The notes beneath the pieces are model-generated. The model ran no database searches. It worked only from the letters and a program-made list of their open reading frames with translations, and was not told the origin of the DNA. Shown in pieces: positions 28,443 to 39,100 of a stretch of DNA of 64,000 nucleotides. Source of the DNA: Candidatus Latescibacterota bacterium (lineage in GTDB: Bacteria > Latescibacterota > UBA2968 > UBA8231); assembly GCA_965261395.1 (NCBI GenBank), contig OZ253462.1, positions 6,176,001-6,240,000 on the forward strand, in the 5' to 3' direction. Each line of letters begins with the position of its first letter. The first letter of the stretch is position 1. The position numbers and the translations under genes were made by a program.

Positions 28443-28628
28443 ATGCGCGACCCGATCGTCGAGGAGACGAGGAAACTGCGCGAGGAGTACGCAGCGCAAT
28501 TTAACCATGACCCGAAGGCCATATTCGACGACATCCTCAAGTGCCAGAGCCGAGGGAGTAAGAAATTAGTGACCTTCCCGGCCCGTAAGCCGAAGTACAA
28601 GCCAACCATTGGTGCAAGACTCGCCTAG
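28443..28628 (+). CDS. Small PIN-associated putative antitoxin
   Basis: MRDPIVEETRKLREEYAAQFNHD. Confidence 0.65.
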   Translation: MRDPIVEETRKLREEYAAQFNHDPKAIFDDILKCQSRGSKKLVTFPARKPKYKPTIGARLA

Positions 28629-28653
28629 ACCGAACCCGGAAGTTCGGGCGGCA

Positions 28654-30083
28654 CTAGGGTTTGTCCTTTAGCGTAGGTTTTTGCGCCTCGACCAGCCACT
28701 CGATAGCAGCGATCTGGCCTTGGCGGGTGTAATCGGCTGCTTCGCCGAGAATGCGGGCGGCCTCCTGCGGAGCGTGAAAGCCCATGGAATTTTCCGCGGC
28801 CACGAAATCGAGCCGCCACTGCGCCTTGCGCTGCAGGGCTAGGGCCGCTGCTAGGTCCTCGTCTTCGGCACCGGCCGCGCGGGCTGCGGCTATGGCGTCG
28901 AGTTGGTCCATGAGCGCGGCACCGGCTAGTTGCAGGAGGCCGAAATTGCGCTGCTGGATCGCGTCGGCTCGGGCGGCGAGTTCAGCCTCGGAGAAAGAGT
29001 GGCAGACCTGACAGGCGCGGTTGATGTTCAGCAGAGGGCTGCGCACCCAGTGATCGGAGATTTTGGCGGCTCCGTCGCGCATATAGGGCATGTGGCAGTC
29101 AGCGCAGGAGACGCCGCTACGCGCGTGGATGCCCTGGCTCCAGAGTTCAAATTCCGGGTGTTGCGCCTTGAGGACTTTCGCGCCCGTCTCTTGGTGGACG
29201 TAGTCGTAAAACTCGCTCCCATCGTCTAGGGTCATGGCATCCCAAAACGCTTCCATTTCCTCTACCTTAAGCCCGTTGCCCCAGGGAAAAGTCAGTTTCG
29301 CCCCGCTGCCGCAGTAGTATTCGACGTGGCACTGGCCGCAGGTGAACGAGCGCATCTCGTTGCGGCTCGCGCTCGCGTTGGGGTCGTAGGGGTGGTCGCG
29401 GCTTCCCCGCCGCCAGCGTTCTAGCGACGGCAGGTGCGGGACCGGGGCGTCGGACGCGGCCAGCATTTGGATGCCTTGGATAAACCCGGGCCGGGTGATG
29501 CGCAGTTGCATGGTCGCCGGGTCGTGGCAATCGACGCACGATACCGGATGGGCGTGTCCGGTGTCGTGCAACATCTGGTTTAGCTCGCGATAGGAATAGG
29601 CGTAGGATTGCTCAAAGCCCGCAGTGGCGTCGCCGTCGCCGAGCTGCCGATAGAGGGGCATGATGGAGGCGTGGCAGTGCAGGCAGGAGCCGGACTGGGG
29701 CTTGGATTGTCGCTCGGTTTGCTCTTGGTCGTAGAGCATGTAGGCGTGGCCGCGCCGGTCGCGGTAGTCGATTGAGAAGGCGTACCCGAGGAACATCCGC
29801 CGAAGCCAGGGGTCGCGTTCGATCTTCTGCGCGGGCAGGGCCTCGCTGCCGCCGTGGCCGCCGAAGCGCGTGCGAGTCGCCTCAGCCGTGCGCTTATAGC
29901 TGTCGTATTGCCGCGGCCAGTTGATGCCCCAATGGGCCGGGTCGGTGTCGTCTTCCCCGACCGCGACGAGGCGCACCGGGCCGCGCCGCGCTTCGGCCTT
30001 GCGTTCGTATATGTTGACCAACAGTCCGGTGACAAGTGCGCTGGCCAAAGCCACTAAGGCCAAAAGGACGATGGCTTTTAGGA
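28654..30083 (-). CDS. nrfA: Pentaheme cytochrome c552 nitrite reductase, CxxCH-type first heme, native start apparently deleted
   Basis: [51 protein letters not shown]. Confidence 0.9.
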
Positions 30084-30242
30084 ATCTAGCTGGGGCCGCA
30101 TGATGTGGCAGTTGGCACACGCATCCGGATTCGTGCTGAAATAGGACAGCCCCTCTCCGTAGTGGAAGGTAAAGGCACTCACCCCGATTAGGGCAGCTAG
30201 CCCCAACAGGCCGAGGCGCAGATAGGGACTTGTTGGACGCAT
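30078..30242 (-). pseudogene. nrfH: Truncated NrfH (54 aa, 1 of 4 heme motifs)
   Basis: [54 protein letters not shown]. Confidence 0.85.
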
Positions 30243-30330
30243 GGATGCTTTTTCTACCGCCTTGTAGGTCGTTTGCCGAGTCGGTATCTTGGGCGATTAA
30301 AAATAACACATGGATGGACAGGATGGACAA

Positions 30331-31917
30331 ATGCGCTGGGTTTTTGCGCTGCTGATTGGCCTGTGGGCAGGGCGCGCGACCGCTCAACCTCGGTACGTGG
30401 ATGTGGCCGCGGCGGCTGGCATTGAATTCGAGCACCGCAACGGGGCTAGGGGACAGAAGCAATTGCCCGAGACGATGGGGTCAGGTGTGGCCTTTTTTGA
30501 CTATGACGACGACGGTTGGCTCGACCTGTATTGGGTCAATGTCGCCGCCCCGGCCGCACTCTACCACAACGAAGGAAATGGCCGTTTTGCCGAGCGGACG
30601 CAAGCTGCTGGCGTGGAAAATTCCGGGTGCGGCATGGGCGCGGTGGCCGCTGACTACGACAACGACGGCGATGCAGACCTGTACATCACCTGCTACGGCG
30701 CGAACATCTTCTACCGCAACCAAGGCGATGGCCGCTTTGCCGATGTCACGGCCACAGCCGGCGTGGGCGACGAGGGCTTCGGCACGGGCGCGGCCTTCGG
30801 CGACTGGGATCTCGACGGCGACTTGGATTTGTATGTGGCCAATTATCTAGACTTCCGCGCCGACCCGGAGCGCGCCTGTTTCCGCCAAGATAGCGTCCGG
30901 GTCTATTGCGCGCCGTGGACCTATGCGCCCGAAGCGGATGCTTTCTACCGCAACGACGGCGGCCGCTTCGCCGAGGTCGGCGCGGAAGTGGGCTTTGCTG
31001 CGGGCCGGGCGCGGGAACTGGGCGCGGCTTTTGCCGATTGGGATCTCGACGGCGACTTGGACCTGTTCGCCGCGGGCGATGGCACGCCCAATTTGCTCTA
31101 CCAGAATGAGGGCGGCCATTTCGCGGAAGTGGGTTTGCTCGCCGGGGTTTCCCACAATAGGCAGGGTCAATCCGAAGCCGGCATGGGCGTGGCCGCGGGC
31201 GACTACGACAACGACGGGGCCTTTGATTTTTTCGTGACCAATTTTTACTTGGAGACCAATACTTTGTACCACAACGAGGGCGAGGGGTTTTTCCGCGACC
31301 GGACGACGGACGCCAAATTGGGCAAGCCCTCGCTGGCGTACCTGTCTTGGGGCACGGCTTTTTTCGACTGGGATCTCGATGGCGACGAGGATCTCTTTGT
31401 GGCCAATGGCCACATCGACGACAACGTAGAACTGTTCGCCGAGACCACGTACGCACAGCCCAATCAGTTGTTCAGAAACGACGGTGCTGCTGGGTTTGCC
31501 GAGGTCAGCACCGCGGCCGGGCTTGGTGCTGTGCAGTCAAGCCGAGGGGTGGCCTTGGGCGATTGCGACAACGATGGCGACCTCGATATTGCGGTGGCCC
31601 ACATCAATGCGCGTCCCTCGCTCCTGCGCAACGACATGGGCGGCGCGCGCAACTACTTGGCCGTTCGCACGGTAGGCGTGGAGAGCAACCGCGACGGTGT
31701 TGGCGCTCGCATCCGCGTGCGCACCGGGCCTCGGGTGCAAGTGCGGGAGGTGCGTCGCGGCGGCAGCTATCTGTCGAGCCACGACCCGCGCGTCTTTTTT
31801 GGCCTCGGTGCCAGCACGCAGGCCGACGAAGTGGAGATTCGCTGGCCCAGCGGCAAGGTGCAGCGGTTCGAGGGAGTGCTGGCTGGACAAGTGTTGATCG
31901 CGGAGGAACCGCGATGA
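30331..31917 (+). CDS. CRTAC1/ASPIC-UnbV FG-GAP repeat protein
   Basis: DYDNDGDxD repeats; [23 protein letters not shown]. Confidence 0.92.
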   Translation: MRWVFALLIGLWAGRATAQPRYVDVAAAAGIEFEHRNGARGQKQLPETMGSGVAFFDYDDDGWLDLYWVNVAAPAALYHNEGNGRFAERTQAAGVENSGCGMGAVAADYDNDGDADLYITCYGANIFYRNQGDGRFADVTATAGVGDEGFGTGAAFGDWDLDGDLDLYVANYLDFRADPERACFRQDSVRVYCAPWTYAPEADAFYRNDGGRFAEVGAEVGFAAGRARELGAAFADWDLDGDLDLFAAGDGTPNLLYQNEGGHFAEVGLLAGVSHNRQGQSEAGMGVAAGDYDNDGAFDFFVTNFYLETNTLYHNEGEGFFRDRTTDAKLGKPSLAYLSWGTAFFDWDLDGDEDLFVANGHIDDNVELFAETTYAQPNQLFRNDGAAGFAEVSTAAGLGAVQSSRGVALGDCDNDGDLDIAVAHINARPSLLRNDMGGARNYLAVRTVGVESNRDGVGARIRVRTGPRVQVREVRRGGSYLSSHDPRVFFGLGASTQADEVEIRWPSGKVQRFEGVLAGQVLIAEEPR

Positions 31918-33116
31918 TTAGGGCCTCGTGTCTAGCGCTGCTGCTCATCGGCTGCCAAGAGCCGGAGCCGCCCTCGGCTACCGGGCGCGCGTATTTCCAG
32001 CAGGGGCTTGAACACGCCCAAGGCGGGCATTTCCACGCAGCCATTGCCGCGTACAAGCAAGCGGCCGCGCAGATGCCCAATGCACCCCAAGTCCATTACA
32101 ATCTGGCCAATGCCTATTTTTTGACCGATGCCCTCGACCAAGCTGAGGCCGCGTACCAAAAAGCCATAGCACTCAAGCCCAACTACGCGGACGCGTACTA
32201 CCAGCTCGGTGCTGTGTACATCCGGCAAAAAAAGTACGAAGCGGCCTACGCGCCGCTCCGCAAGGCATTGGAAAGCGATCCCGGGCACATTTCCGCCTAC
32301 AATGCCTTGGGCCTGCTGCACATCCGGCAAGGCGCCTACCAAGAGGCCGCCGCCCTGTACGAGCGCGCCTTGCAGGTAGATTCGACGCACTATGAACTTT
32401 GGTACCATCTCGGCCAAGTCCACGTCAAGCGCGGCGCGCGCGAAGCAGCGAAAACGGCATTTACTCATGCGATTCACGCGGACACGACCCAAGCGGGCGC
32501 GTACGCGGACTTGGGTGCTATGTATGTGGAGGAGCGGCGCTACGAAGAGGCCGAGGATCTTTTGCTGCGCGCCGTTGCGCTGCGCCCGTTTTGGGCGCGC
32601 CCCCACTACGACTTAGGGCAGGTCTATATGCGCTTAGGCGAGCGGCAAAAGGGCCGCGAGGTGTTGGAGCGATTTGCGCGCCTCGAAGAAGAGGAAAAGA
32701 TGATCAAGAGCTTGGAGTTTACGCTCTTGAGCGAGGCCGAGGACGCGCGCCGCCACTACGACTTGGGCGTGCTCTACGGCCAACGTCGCCAATTCAACAA
32801 GGCCGCGGCGCGCTACCGCCGCGCCCTCGCGCTCGACTCGACCTTTGCGGCGGCCTATGTGAACTTGGGCAACATCTATTTGCGCGAGGAGCAATTCGAC
32901 GCGGCCCAGCAGCTTTTTGCCCAAGCGCTCGCCGCGGATTCGACTCACGCCAACGCGCACAATAGCCTCGGCAACCTGCACCTGATGCGCCGGGACTTTG
33001 CGGTCGCCGCCGCGGCGTTTGCCAGCGCGGTGCGCTTGGCCCCGGATGACCCGGGTTTCCGCGAAAATTTGGATATCGCCCGGGGGTTGAAGGCGGGCGA
33101 TGCGCGTGGGCCATGA
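31914..33116 (+). CDS. TPR lipoprotein
   Basis: LIGC lipobox, many TPR units; ATGA overlap. Confidence 0.85.
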   Translation: MIRASCLALLLIGCQEPEPPSATGRAYFQQGLEHAQGGHFHAAIAAYKQAAAQMPNAPQVHYNLANAYFLTDALDQAEAAYQKAIALKPNYADAYYQLGAVYIRQKKYEAAYAPLRKALESDPGHISAYNALGLLHIRQGAYQEAAALYERALQVDSTHYELWYHLGQVHVKRGAREAAKTAFTHAIHADTTQAGAYADLGAMYVEERRYEEAEDLLLRAVALRPFWARPHYDLGQVYMRLGERQKGREVLERFARLEEEEKMIKSLEFTLLSEAEDARRHYDLGVLYGQRRQFNKAAARYRRALALDSTFAAAYVNLGNIYLREEQFDAAQQLFAQALAADSTHANAHNSLGNLHLMRRDFAVAAAAFASAVRLAPDDPGFRENLDIARGLKAGDARGP

Positions 33117-33170
33117 TGTATTGGACGGTGGAGCTAGTGCAGCGCTAGGTGGCCAGTTCTTTCGCTTCAA

Positions 33171-33794
33171 CTAGGGGGTCAAAAGCCGCGTGGCGGCGTC
33201 TTCAGGGCTAAGGTGGGGAATGGAGCGGTTGAGGAAGGTTTCGAGGAGCTGGGTCGGCGTTAGATCGGTGGTATCAATGGCGAATTTGCGGTGGATCCAA
33301 GAGGCCTGCACCTCTTGCTGGAAACGATCTAGTATTTCTGGAACATCTTCGGCGGGGACCAATGAGTGCGGGTGTGGGGCTGCGGCCATGCGGGCGCGGA
33401 TTGTTGCAGGCGTAGCGTGCAAATAGACGAGCATGGTGTCGTCGGGCATGTCTGGTTCGTATTCGCGGATGTCGATGTCGATGCCTGGGTAGTAGTATTG
33501 GGGGCCGTACACCTTTTCCTCGATGTGGAAGCCGCCCAACAAAATGTCTCGATAGCGGTGCAGCAAGCGCACGTGATAGACGATCTGGAAGCGCTGGAAG
33601 CGCTCCTTGATGGCCGGCAGCATGGCCAGCATGGCTAGCTGCTCTTCGTCGCTGAGGTGATAGGCGTCGGGGATGGTAAAATGGTCGTCGAGATGGTGGC
33701 TAATTCCGCGACTCAGCCCCCATTGATGCACCTGCTCGATGAGGGTGCTGACGCCTGAGTATTCGCAGCCAACGGCAATGACGCGCATGAGCAT
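33171..33794 (-). CDS. Hypothetical protein, degenerate P-loop kinase-like
   Basis: GCEYSGVST; VYLHATPATIRAR; IDT. Confidence 0.6.
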   Translation of the reverse strand: MLMRVIAVGCEYSGVSTLIEQVHQWGLSRGISHHLDDHFTIPDAYHLSDEEQLAMLAMLPAIKERFQRFQIVYHVRLLHRYRDILLGGFHIEEKVYGPQYYYPGIDIDIREYEPDMPDDTMLVYLHATPATIRARMAAAPHPHSLVPAEDVPEILDRFQQEVQASWIHRKFAIDTTDLTPTQLLETFLNRSIPHLSPEDAATRLLTP

Positions 33795-33950
33795 ATCCTT
33801 TGGAATGTCGTGAACCGAGTTGAAACACTATACTGGCCCCACAATCCCCTGTCAAATTTGTCAACGAAGAACGAGCATAGGAGTACGCAGCACTGTATAT
33901 TGGCAATTATTTTTTGGCTTTGGAACTCAACCCCTTGGAAAGGAAATCCC

Positions 33951-34913
33951 ATGGCAGATTTGAAAGTAGCGGTCATCGGCTGCGGCGGTCACGCTCAGTC
34001 ACACTTCCGCATGATTGCCGACGAGCCACGCCTGCGCTTGGTGGGCATTGCCGAGCTGGACGAGGAGCGGCGGCGCAAAAACCAGACCGAATGGGGGCCG
34101 GAACGCGCCTTTGCCGACTATCGGGAGATGCTCGATGTCTGCCAGCCGGACGTGGTGTACGTGGTCACTATGCCCGGCCACTTGCTGCCCATCGTGTTCG
34201 ATTGCTTGGAGCGCGGGCTGCACACCTCGGTGGAGAAAGCGCCGGGCATGACCGCGGCTGAGACCGAGCAAATGGCGCAGGCGGCTCAGCAAAGCCAAGG
34301 CAAGGCGCTGGTGTCTTTTAACCGGCGTTACTTTCCCCAGGTGCTAGCCGTGCGGCAGCGCATCGAGGCGGTCGGGGGCGCAGTGCATTGCGCTGCCACG
34401 TACAATAAGCCGGTGACCCTGTTGGGGCCGGCAGCACCCGATCCGGTGATATGCGACGCCATTCACCACGTCGATCTGCTGCGCTGGCTGGCTGGCCGTA
34501 GCGCTGAGGAAGCGGCCATTCCGGTGGAGGTGCAGGGGATGGTGCAGGACGGCGAGCGGCCTGGGTGCCACCGGCACAACGCCGTGGTGCGTTTCGATAC
34601 GGGCACCTTCGGCACCATGATGAGCCACTACGGTGTGGGCTACCGCATTCAGCGGGCCGAGGTACACGGCGAGGATTTGTCGATCTATCTGGATATGACC
34701 CGAGGGCCGCAGGTGGAGGGCTATGACAAGGGCCAACCCTTTACCGTAGAGGCCGAGGAGATCGAAGCAATGGGCGGGGCCGGCTTCAACGAGGTCGTCC
34801 ACTTTGTCGATTGCATTCTGGAGGATCGCACGCCGTGGTCGAACTTGGATGATGCCGTGCATACCATGCGCTTGTGCGAGGCTATTCGCAGGGGGCATCG
34901 GGGGGTGTTATAG
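33951..34913 (+). CDS. Gfo/Idh/MocA-family oxidoreductase
   Basis: VIGCGG, VEKAP, FNRRY, IHHVD. Confidence 0.9.
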   Translation: MADLKVAVIGCGGHAQSHFRMIADEPRLRLVGIAELDEERRRKNQTEWGPERAFADYREMLDVCQPDVVYVVTMPGHLLPIVFDCLERGLHTSVEKAPGMTAAETEQMAQAAQQSQGKALVSFNRRYFPQVLAVRQRIEAVGGAVHCAATYNKPVTLLGPAAPDPVICDAIHHVDLLRWLAGRSAEEAAIPVEVQGMVQDGERPGCHRHNAVVRFDTGTFGTMMSHYGVGYRIQRAEVHGEDLSIYLDMTRGPQVEGYDKGQPFTVEAEEIEAMGGAGFNEVVHFVDCILEDRTPWSNLDDAVHTMRLCEAIRRGHRGVL

Positions 34914-34954
34914 GGGCCTGCCAAGTTTGAAGCTGCGTTTGTTACGCAGCGCTT

Positions 34955-35400
34955 CTACTCGTCGGCGTCTAACAGGTGCCTAAAGGCTTCGAGGCTGGGC
35001 ACCTGTATAGGCCGCTCGATGCAACTGCTTGAGGCGCTGCACATCGCTAATGGCCCCAATCTGCCCGGCCAACTGCTGGGCCGCGTCCGCATCAAAGCGC
35101 AGGGCCAACACTTCGAGGAGAAATTCTCGCCCCCCCTGCTCAATGCCCTTTTCCGTGAAATACTGCACTACCGAAGATTCGTACATGGTCTCCTCCGCGA
35201 TGATGGCCATAATCGTTTCTAATCTATACACCAACCCGCTCAAAATCGCAAGATCGGCCAGATAATTGGCTTTGAGGATCTCATCCATCGGCACCTGCTG
35301 CGCCCGGTTCACACATTGGCGCAGCCACGCCTCCACATCCACACCGGCCGGCCGCTGCATCAACGGCGCAAACGGCAGCAAGCCCGAATTAGACCGACCC
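34955..35400 (-). pseudogene. Rpn/DUF4351-like protein, 5'-truncated and frameshifted
   Basis: LLPFAPLM, ESSVVQY...GIEQG...LRF; frameshift before IQVPSLEAF. Confidence 0.7.
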
Positions 35401-35689
35401 GGCAGTACAAAAAATGCGAGCGTCGCCAAAGCAACCACTGTTTTATGGCCATGTATGCGGCCTGTCGCTTAGAGCGCCCTACATGTCAAGCACCCGCTGC
35501 TCAGTTCTTTCAATTATAGTGCCTCTTTTTCTTGCTTAGTCCGAAGGAACCCGACCAAACAGAGTTCGCGCCGCTGGGTTGGCCTTAGCATCCAGAAGCA
35601 CGGTGATGACAGGGGCGAGGACCGCACTGCATCATAATGTCCGCGTTTGTGTCGCCCGGGTATTGTGACAGGGCCTCGGTAAGTATTCC

Positions 35690-35730
35690 AAGAGGCACAA
35701 AGAGGACATTAAAGGACATAAAGAGGACAT
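35690..35730 (+). promoter_or_regulatory. Four 10-11-bp direct repeats upstream of XRE gene, putative operator
   Basis: aagaggcaca aagaggacat taaaggacat aaagaggacat. Confidence 0.5.
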
Positions 35731-35857
35731 TTTAATTCAATTAATTCATTTTTAGATCATATATTTTATGGAAATAACTATTTATATGTCTCTTGATAAA
35801 TTTATCATAGCAGCTATATTATGAGTGTCAATCGTTAAACTTCACAGGAGCTTCATC

Positions 35858-37024
35858 ATGAAGATTGATCCTAAAAGCCTTCGTAGCCTACGCCAGAAGC
35901 AAGGCCTGACCCGCCCCCAGCTTGCTGAACGGTCTGGAATCAACAAGCGCACGATCCAACGCTTGGAAAACGAACCGCAGCAATGCCAAAAATCCCGAAA
36001 GGACACTCTGGAACGTTTGGCCAAGGCGCTCGGAGTCAAAGAAGGCGAAGAAGGTCTGCTCACTGGTGAGTTACCACTTCATGAGTCCGGTAAGGCACCC
36101 GACTCCGACCCCGAGCGCGTCCAAATCGGCGCGCAGATCATGCCGAAGGTCCGGCTTGCCTACGACCTCATCAAACGCCGATATGGCGTCAGTGCCACTG
36201 AAATCATCAACATGGCACCGCTCTTCTTTGCGCTTCTGGCTGAGGGAAGTCTCGCTTGGCGACGCGAGAAATTGAAAGAGTTAAAAGAAGGTATTGATCG
36301 TTTAGAGGAGATCGACGGGTTTTGGCGTGAGAACCACTTCCCATTTGCCGTGACAGTCGATGACAATGATATCGAGGCAGAAGAGGATTCCATCGACAAG
36401 ATCAACGACAAGGCCAATCTGTTCGGCGAGCATTTGTTAGGCTGTGTGACGTATGATCTCGATCCCTCCACAGACAACCCATTCGCCAGCTATTTGCGCA
36501 AGTTGAAAGCCGAACTCGACATAACCGGCGTCGTCGATGTGGACAGTGGCGATCTCCGTTTCGGATCTCCGTTAAAGTTCCCCGGATACGACCTCTGCCG
36601 CGACGAACTCGACCGCATAGCCAACGACTCTAGCTCCGTCAAGGATCAGAAGAAGAAGATAGAGGATCTGGAGAAGGGGATGAAGGATCTGAAAAAAGAG
36701 ATAAAGGAGAAAGACGAGAAAATAAAAGAAATAGAAGAAATGGGGAGGGCAGAAACCCATCCAGAAGGCGTTTCCGAGGAGGAGTTCAAGGAGGGCTTGA
36801 AGGAGTTCAATAAGCGGGATAAGCTCTGGAAGGAACTGAGCCACTTACAGGAGAAACACAGGGAGGAACAGAGCCGCTTAGAAATGCTCATCAAAGAGGA
36901 GAGGGACCGCATTACTTCCTTAAGCGACACTATCACGTACCCAGAAGGCGACTCAAAGGACATAGAGGAGGAGGACTCTCAAGAGACCAACTCCGAAATC
37001 GAAAAAGGAGGCGACGACCAATGA
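35858..37024 (+). CDS. XRE-family HTH protein with long charged coiled-coil C-terminus
   Basis: LRQKQGLTRPQLAERSGI.KRTIQRLE; AGGAG RBS. Confidence 0.8.
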   Translation: MKIDPKSLRSLRQKQGLTRPQLAERSGINKRTIQRLENEPQQCQKSRKDTLERLAKALGVKEGEEGLLTGELPLHESGKAPDSDPERVQIGAQIMPKVRLAYDLIKRRYGVSATEIINMAPLFFALLAEGSLAWRREKLKELKEGIDRLEEIDGFWRENHFPFAVTVDDNDIEAEEDSIDKINDKANLFGEHLLGCVTYDLDPSTDNPFASYLRKLKAELDITGVVDVDSGDLRFGSPLKFPGYDLCRDELDRIANDSSSVKDQKKKIEDLEKGMKDLKKEIKEKDEKIKEIEEMGRAETHPEGVSEEEFKEGLKEFNKRDKLWKELSHLQEKHREEQSRLEMLIKEERDRITSLSDTITYPEGDSKDIEEEDSQETNSEIEKGGDDQ

Positions 37025-37323
37025 TCGACATTAGCTATACTCGCCACGCCGAGATGCGCATGCAGCAGCGGGCTATTCGCGAAAGGGATATTCCGCTCAT
37101 TATCGAGTTGGGGACGCAGGTTGACGACGAGACTTGGATTTTGCTCAAGCGGGATGTTGCCCGCGAGATCGACATCCGCAAGCGGGAGATCCAAAAGCTG
37201 GAACGCCTAGCGAATTGCAAGGTCGTGATGCTCGGCGAGCATGTCATCACCGCCTATCCCTCACGGCCGACGGATCAGAAACGCACTCTACGCCTTGGTC
37301 GGCAGAAGGGATTGGCGAAATGA
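37021..37323 (+). CDS. DUF4258-like (RelE-fold) putative RNase toxin
   Basis: YTRHAEMRMQQRAI...VITAY. Confidence 0.7.
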   Translation: MIDISYTRHAEMRMQQRAIRERDIPLIIELGTQVDDETWILLKRDVAREIDIRKREIQKLERLANCKVVMLGEHVITAYPSRPTDQKRTLRLGRQKGLAK

Positions 37324-37430
37324 CGACGGAGAGAAAAATCACCTACGATCGTACTGTTGGGTATTTGCGCGGCGGCTGGTTTCCCCATGCCTAGCCATTC
37401 TTTCACCCTAAACAAGTAAGGAGATATTCC

Positions 37431-38006
37431 ATGATTCACGCTGTCATCCCTCTCGCCCTATTCACCCTGCTGTCCGCTTGTGGCCGGTCCATCCCTATAC
37501 AGCCCGATGTCCCTATAGCCAAGGTTGCTGCGGATCAGCCCGGAGGTAGCTTGGTCGGAACGTGGCTGCGAACTGAGAGTAGATTCGGGGGTATATACGT
37601 GGACTCACTTATCATAACGCTCCGCGATGGAGTCGCCGACGAGCTCAACTATTACGAAAAAACGATCCGACTGGAGGGGTGGGACGAGCCTGAGTCCATC
37701 TGCATAGAAACCTTGGATCTCGGCATAGACGACTATGTTGCCTGTCTGATGGAGACTGCCCCACGAAGACGCTCTCTTGGATCTTGGGGGCGTATCCGTA
37801 TCCAATCGGACAATGGGCGAGGGCATATCCACTACGACCAATGGGAGGAAGGACGGGAGGAAGAGGATGGCACAAGAACTCTAATACAGCCCTACATCAC
37901 CTATGACAATCGACTCATCGTGTGGGATGACCAGCTAATCCTTGTGGTAGATGACGATCTTGAGGACATACTTGAGGACATACAGTTGATCCGTTCCACT
38001 AGATAA
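37431..38006 (+). CDS. Hypothetical lipoprotein
   Basis: AAGGAG RBS, LSAC lipobox, LVGTW lipocalin-like start. Confidence 0.7.
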   Translation: MIHAVIPLALFTLLSACGRSIPIQPDVPIAKVAADQPGGSLVGTWLRTESRFGGIYVDSLIITLRDGVADELNYYEKTIRLEGWDEPESICIETLDLGIDDYVACLMETAPRRRSLGSWGRIRIQSDNGRGHIHYDQWEEGREEEDGTRTLIQPYITYDNRLIVWDDQLILVVDDDLEDILEDIQLIRSTR

Positions 38007-38146
38007 GTCGCCTCTCTTGGTATATGCCACACAATTGGCCTCGGGGCTTGTCCTCGGCTGCCGTCGTCTCGCTCCTGCCGCGTAAGATACAGCAGGCTGA
38101 GTTGTCGGATAAAGTGAAGATCAAAAAGTGAACCTTTGGAGGAACG

Positions 38147-39100
38147 ATGGATAATACGAAAGCGATGCTAAAACAGTACTTAAGCATACGAGTACAACTG
38201 AAGTCTGTAGGCGTACTCATTGATGAAATAGAGCAGTTGAGCGAGGAAGTAATCGCCAAAATTGTGGATAAAGCAGGAGACCTTACGGTTGATGAATTTC
38301 TTATCGGGTTGTCTGATTTCAGTAGCTCATACCCGGACGAGTACGAGAATTTGTGTCTCATTGGAAAAAAAGTAGGCCAAGGTCTGTCTGAGTTGCGATC
38401 CTCGTTGGACTATTTTGTTCGATTTTTAGTGTATGCTAATGGAGAAACTCCACGTAAAAATTCAGAGTTTCCTGTCATAGATATAGAGAAATTGTCAGAA
38501 GACTATAAGAAAAAGAAGAGAGATAGAACCTATTCATTTTCTGTTCAAAAGGAGAGGGAGAAGAATAAGTACCTCCGTGAGGAGAGACAGAAGGAGAAGT
38601 GTTTACGTAAGAAGAGGGAGACAGATAAATTTTTAGATGAGACTTGTCTTTGTGGTTTAACACATGATCAGAAGCTCATCATCCTTGAGATGCAGCCTGC
38701 TTATGCTGATCTCCCGCAAGCGGCGATGCTTTCTGCTGTGCATTATTACCGAAATATCTATATGCACAACGCTGTTCCAGAAATAGAGCTATTTATTGGC
38801 AGAGGCTGTCCTGGGGGGCTATCGAGAGAGGAAATGAAAAAGAAAATAGCGGCAATACAAGTTAAAAATGCAAACATATCGCTTGGGTTTGCTGTTTCCT
38901 CAGAGTATTTGTCTAAGCTAGAGAAGATGATGGAACAGTCTGATTTATATGGTTCACCAGATAAGTTATTATTTAGATTCAAAATGATGATTATCGACAT
39001 AATGCGTCTGCTTAATGTACCGCCTGACGATCGAAGACCTGATTTCGATTTCAACCTATACAATGACAGTTCCAGAGGCATTTTAGGCCGTCATGATTAA
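38147..39100 (+). CDS. Hypothetical helical protein, possible HEPN RNase
   Basis: LRSSLDY...EFP; RNIYMH (Rx4H); AT-rich. Confidence 0.6.
   Translation: MDNTKAMLKQYLSIRVQLKSVGVLIDEIEQLSEEVIAKIVDKAGDLTVDEFLIGLSDFSSSYPDEYENLCLIGKKVGQGLSELRSSLDYFVRFLVYANGETPRKNSEFPVIDIEKLSEDYKKKKRDRTYSFSVQKEREKNKYLREERQKEKCLRKKRETDKFLDETCLCGLTHDQKLIILEMQPAYADLPQAAMLSAVHYYRNIYMHNAVPEIELFIGRGCPGGLSREEMKKKIAAIQVKNANISLGFAVSSEYLSKLEKMMEQSDLYGSPDKLLFRFKMMIIDIMRLLNVPPDDRRPDFDFNLYNDSSRGILGRHD

Noticed and set aside
30084-30462. Long N-terminal extension of the nrfA ORF (602 aa call)
   Set aside because: Overlaps the nrfH remnant and the divergent ASPIC gene; open by chance
31347-31913. N-terminal extension of the TPR ORF (589 aa call)
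   Set aside because: Alternate frame within the ASPIC gene; lipobox start at 31914
35690-35730. Plasmid iterons
   Set aside because: Short, degenerate, and no Rep gene; kept only as a possible operator
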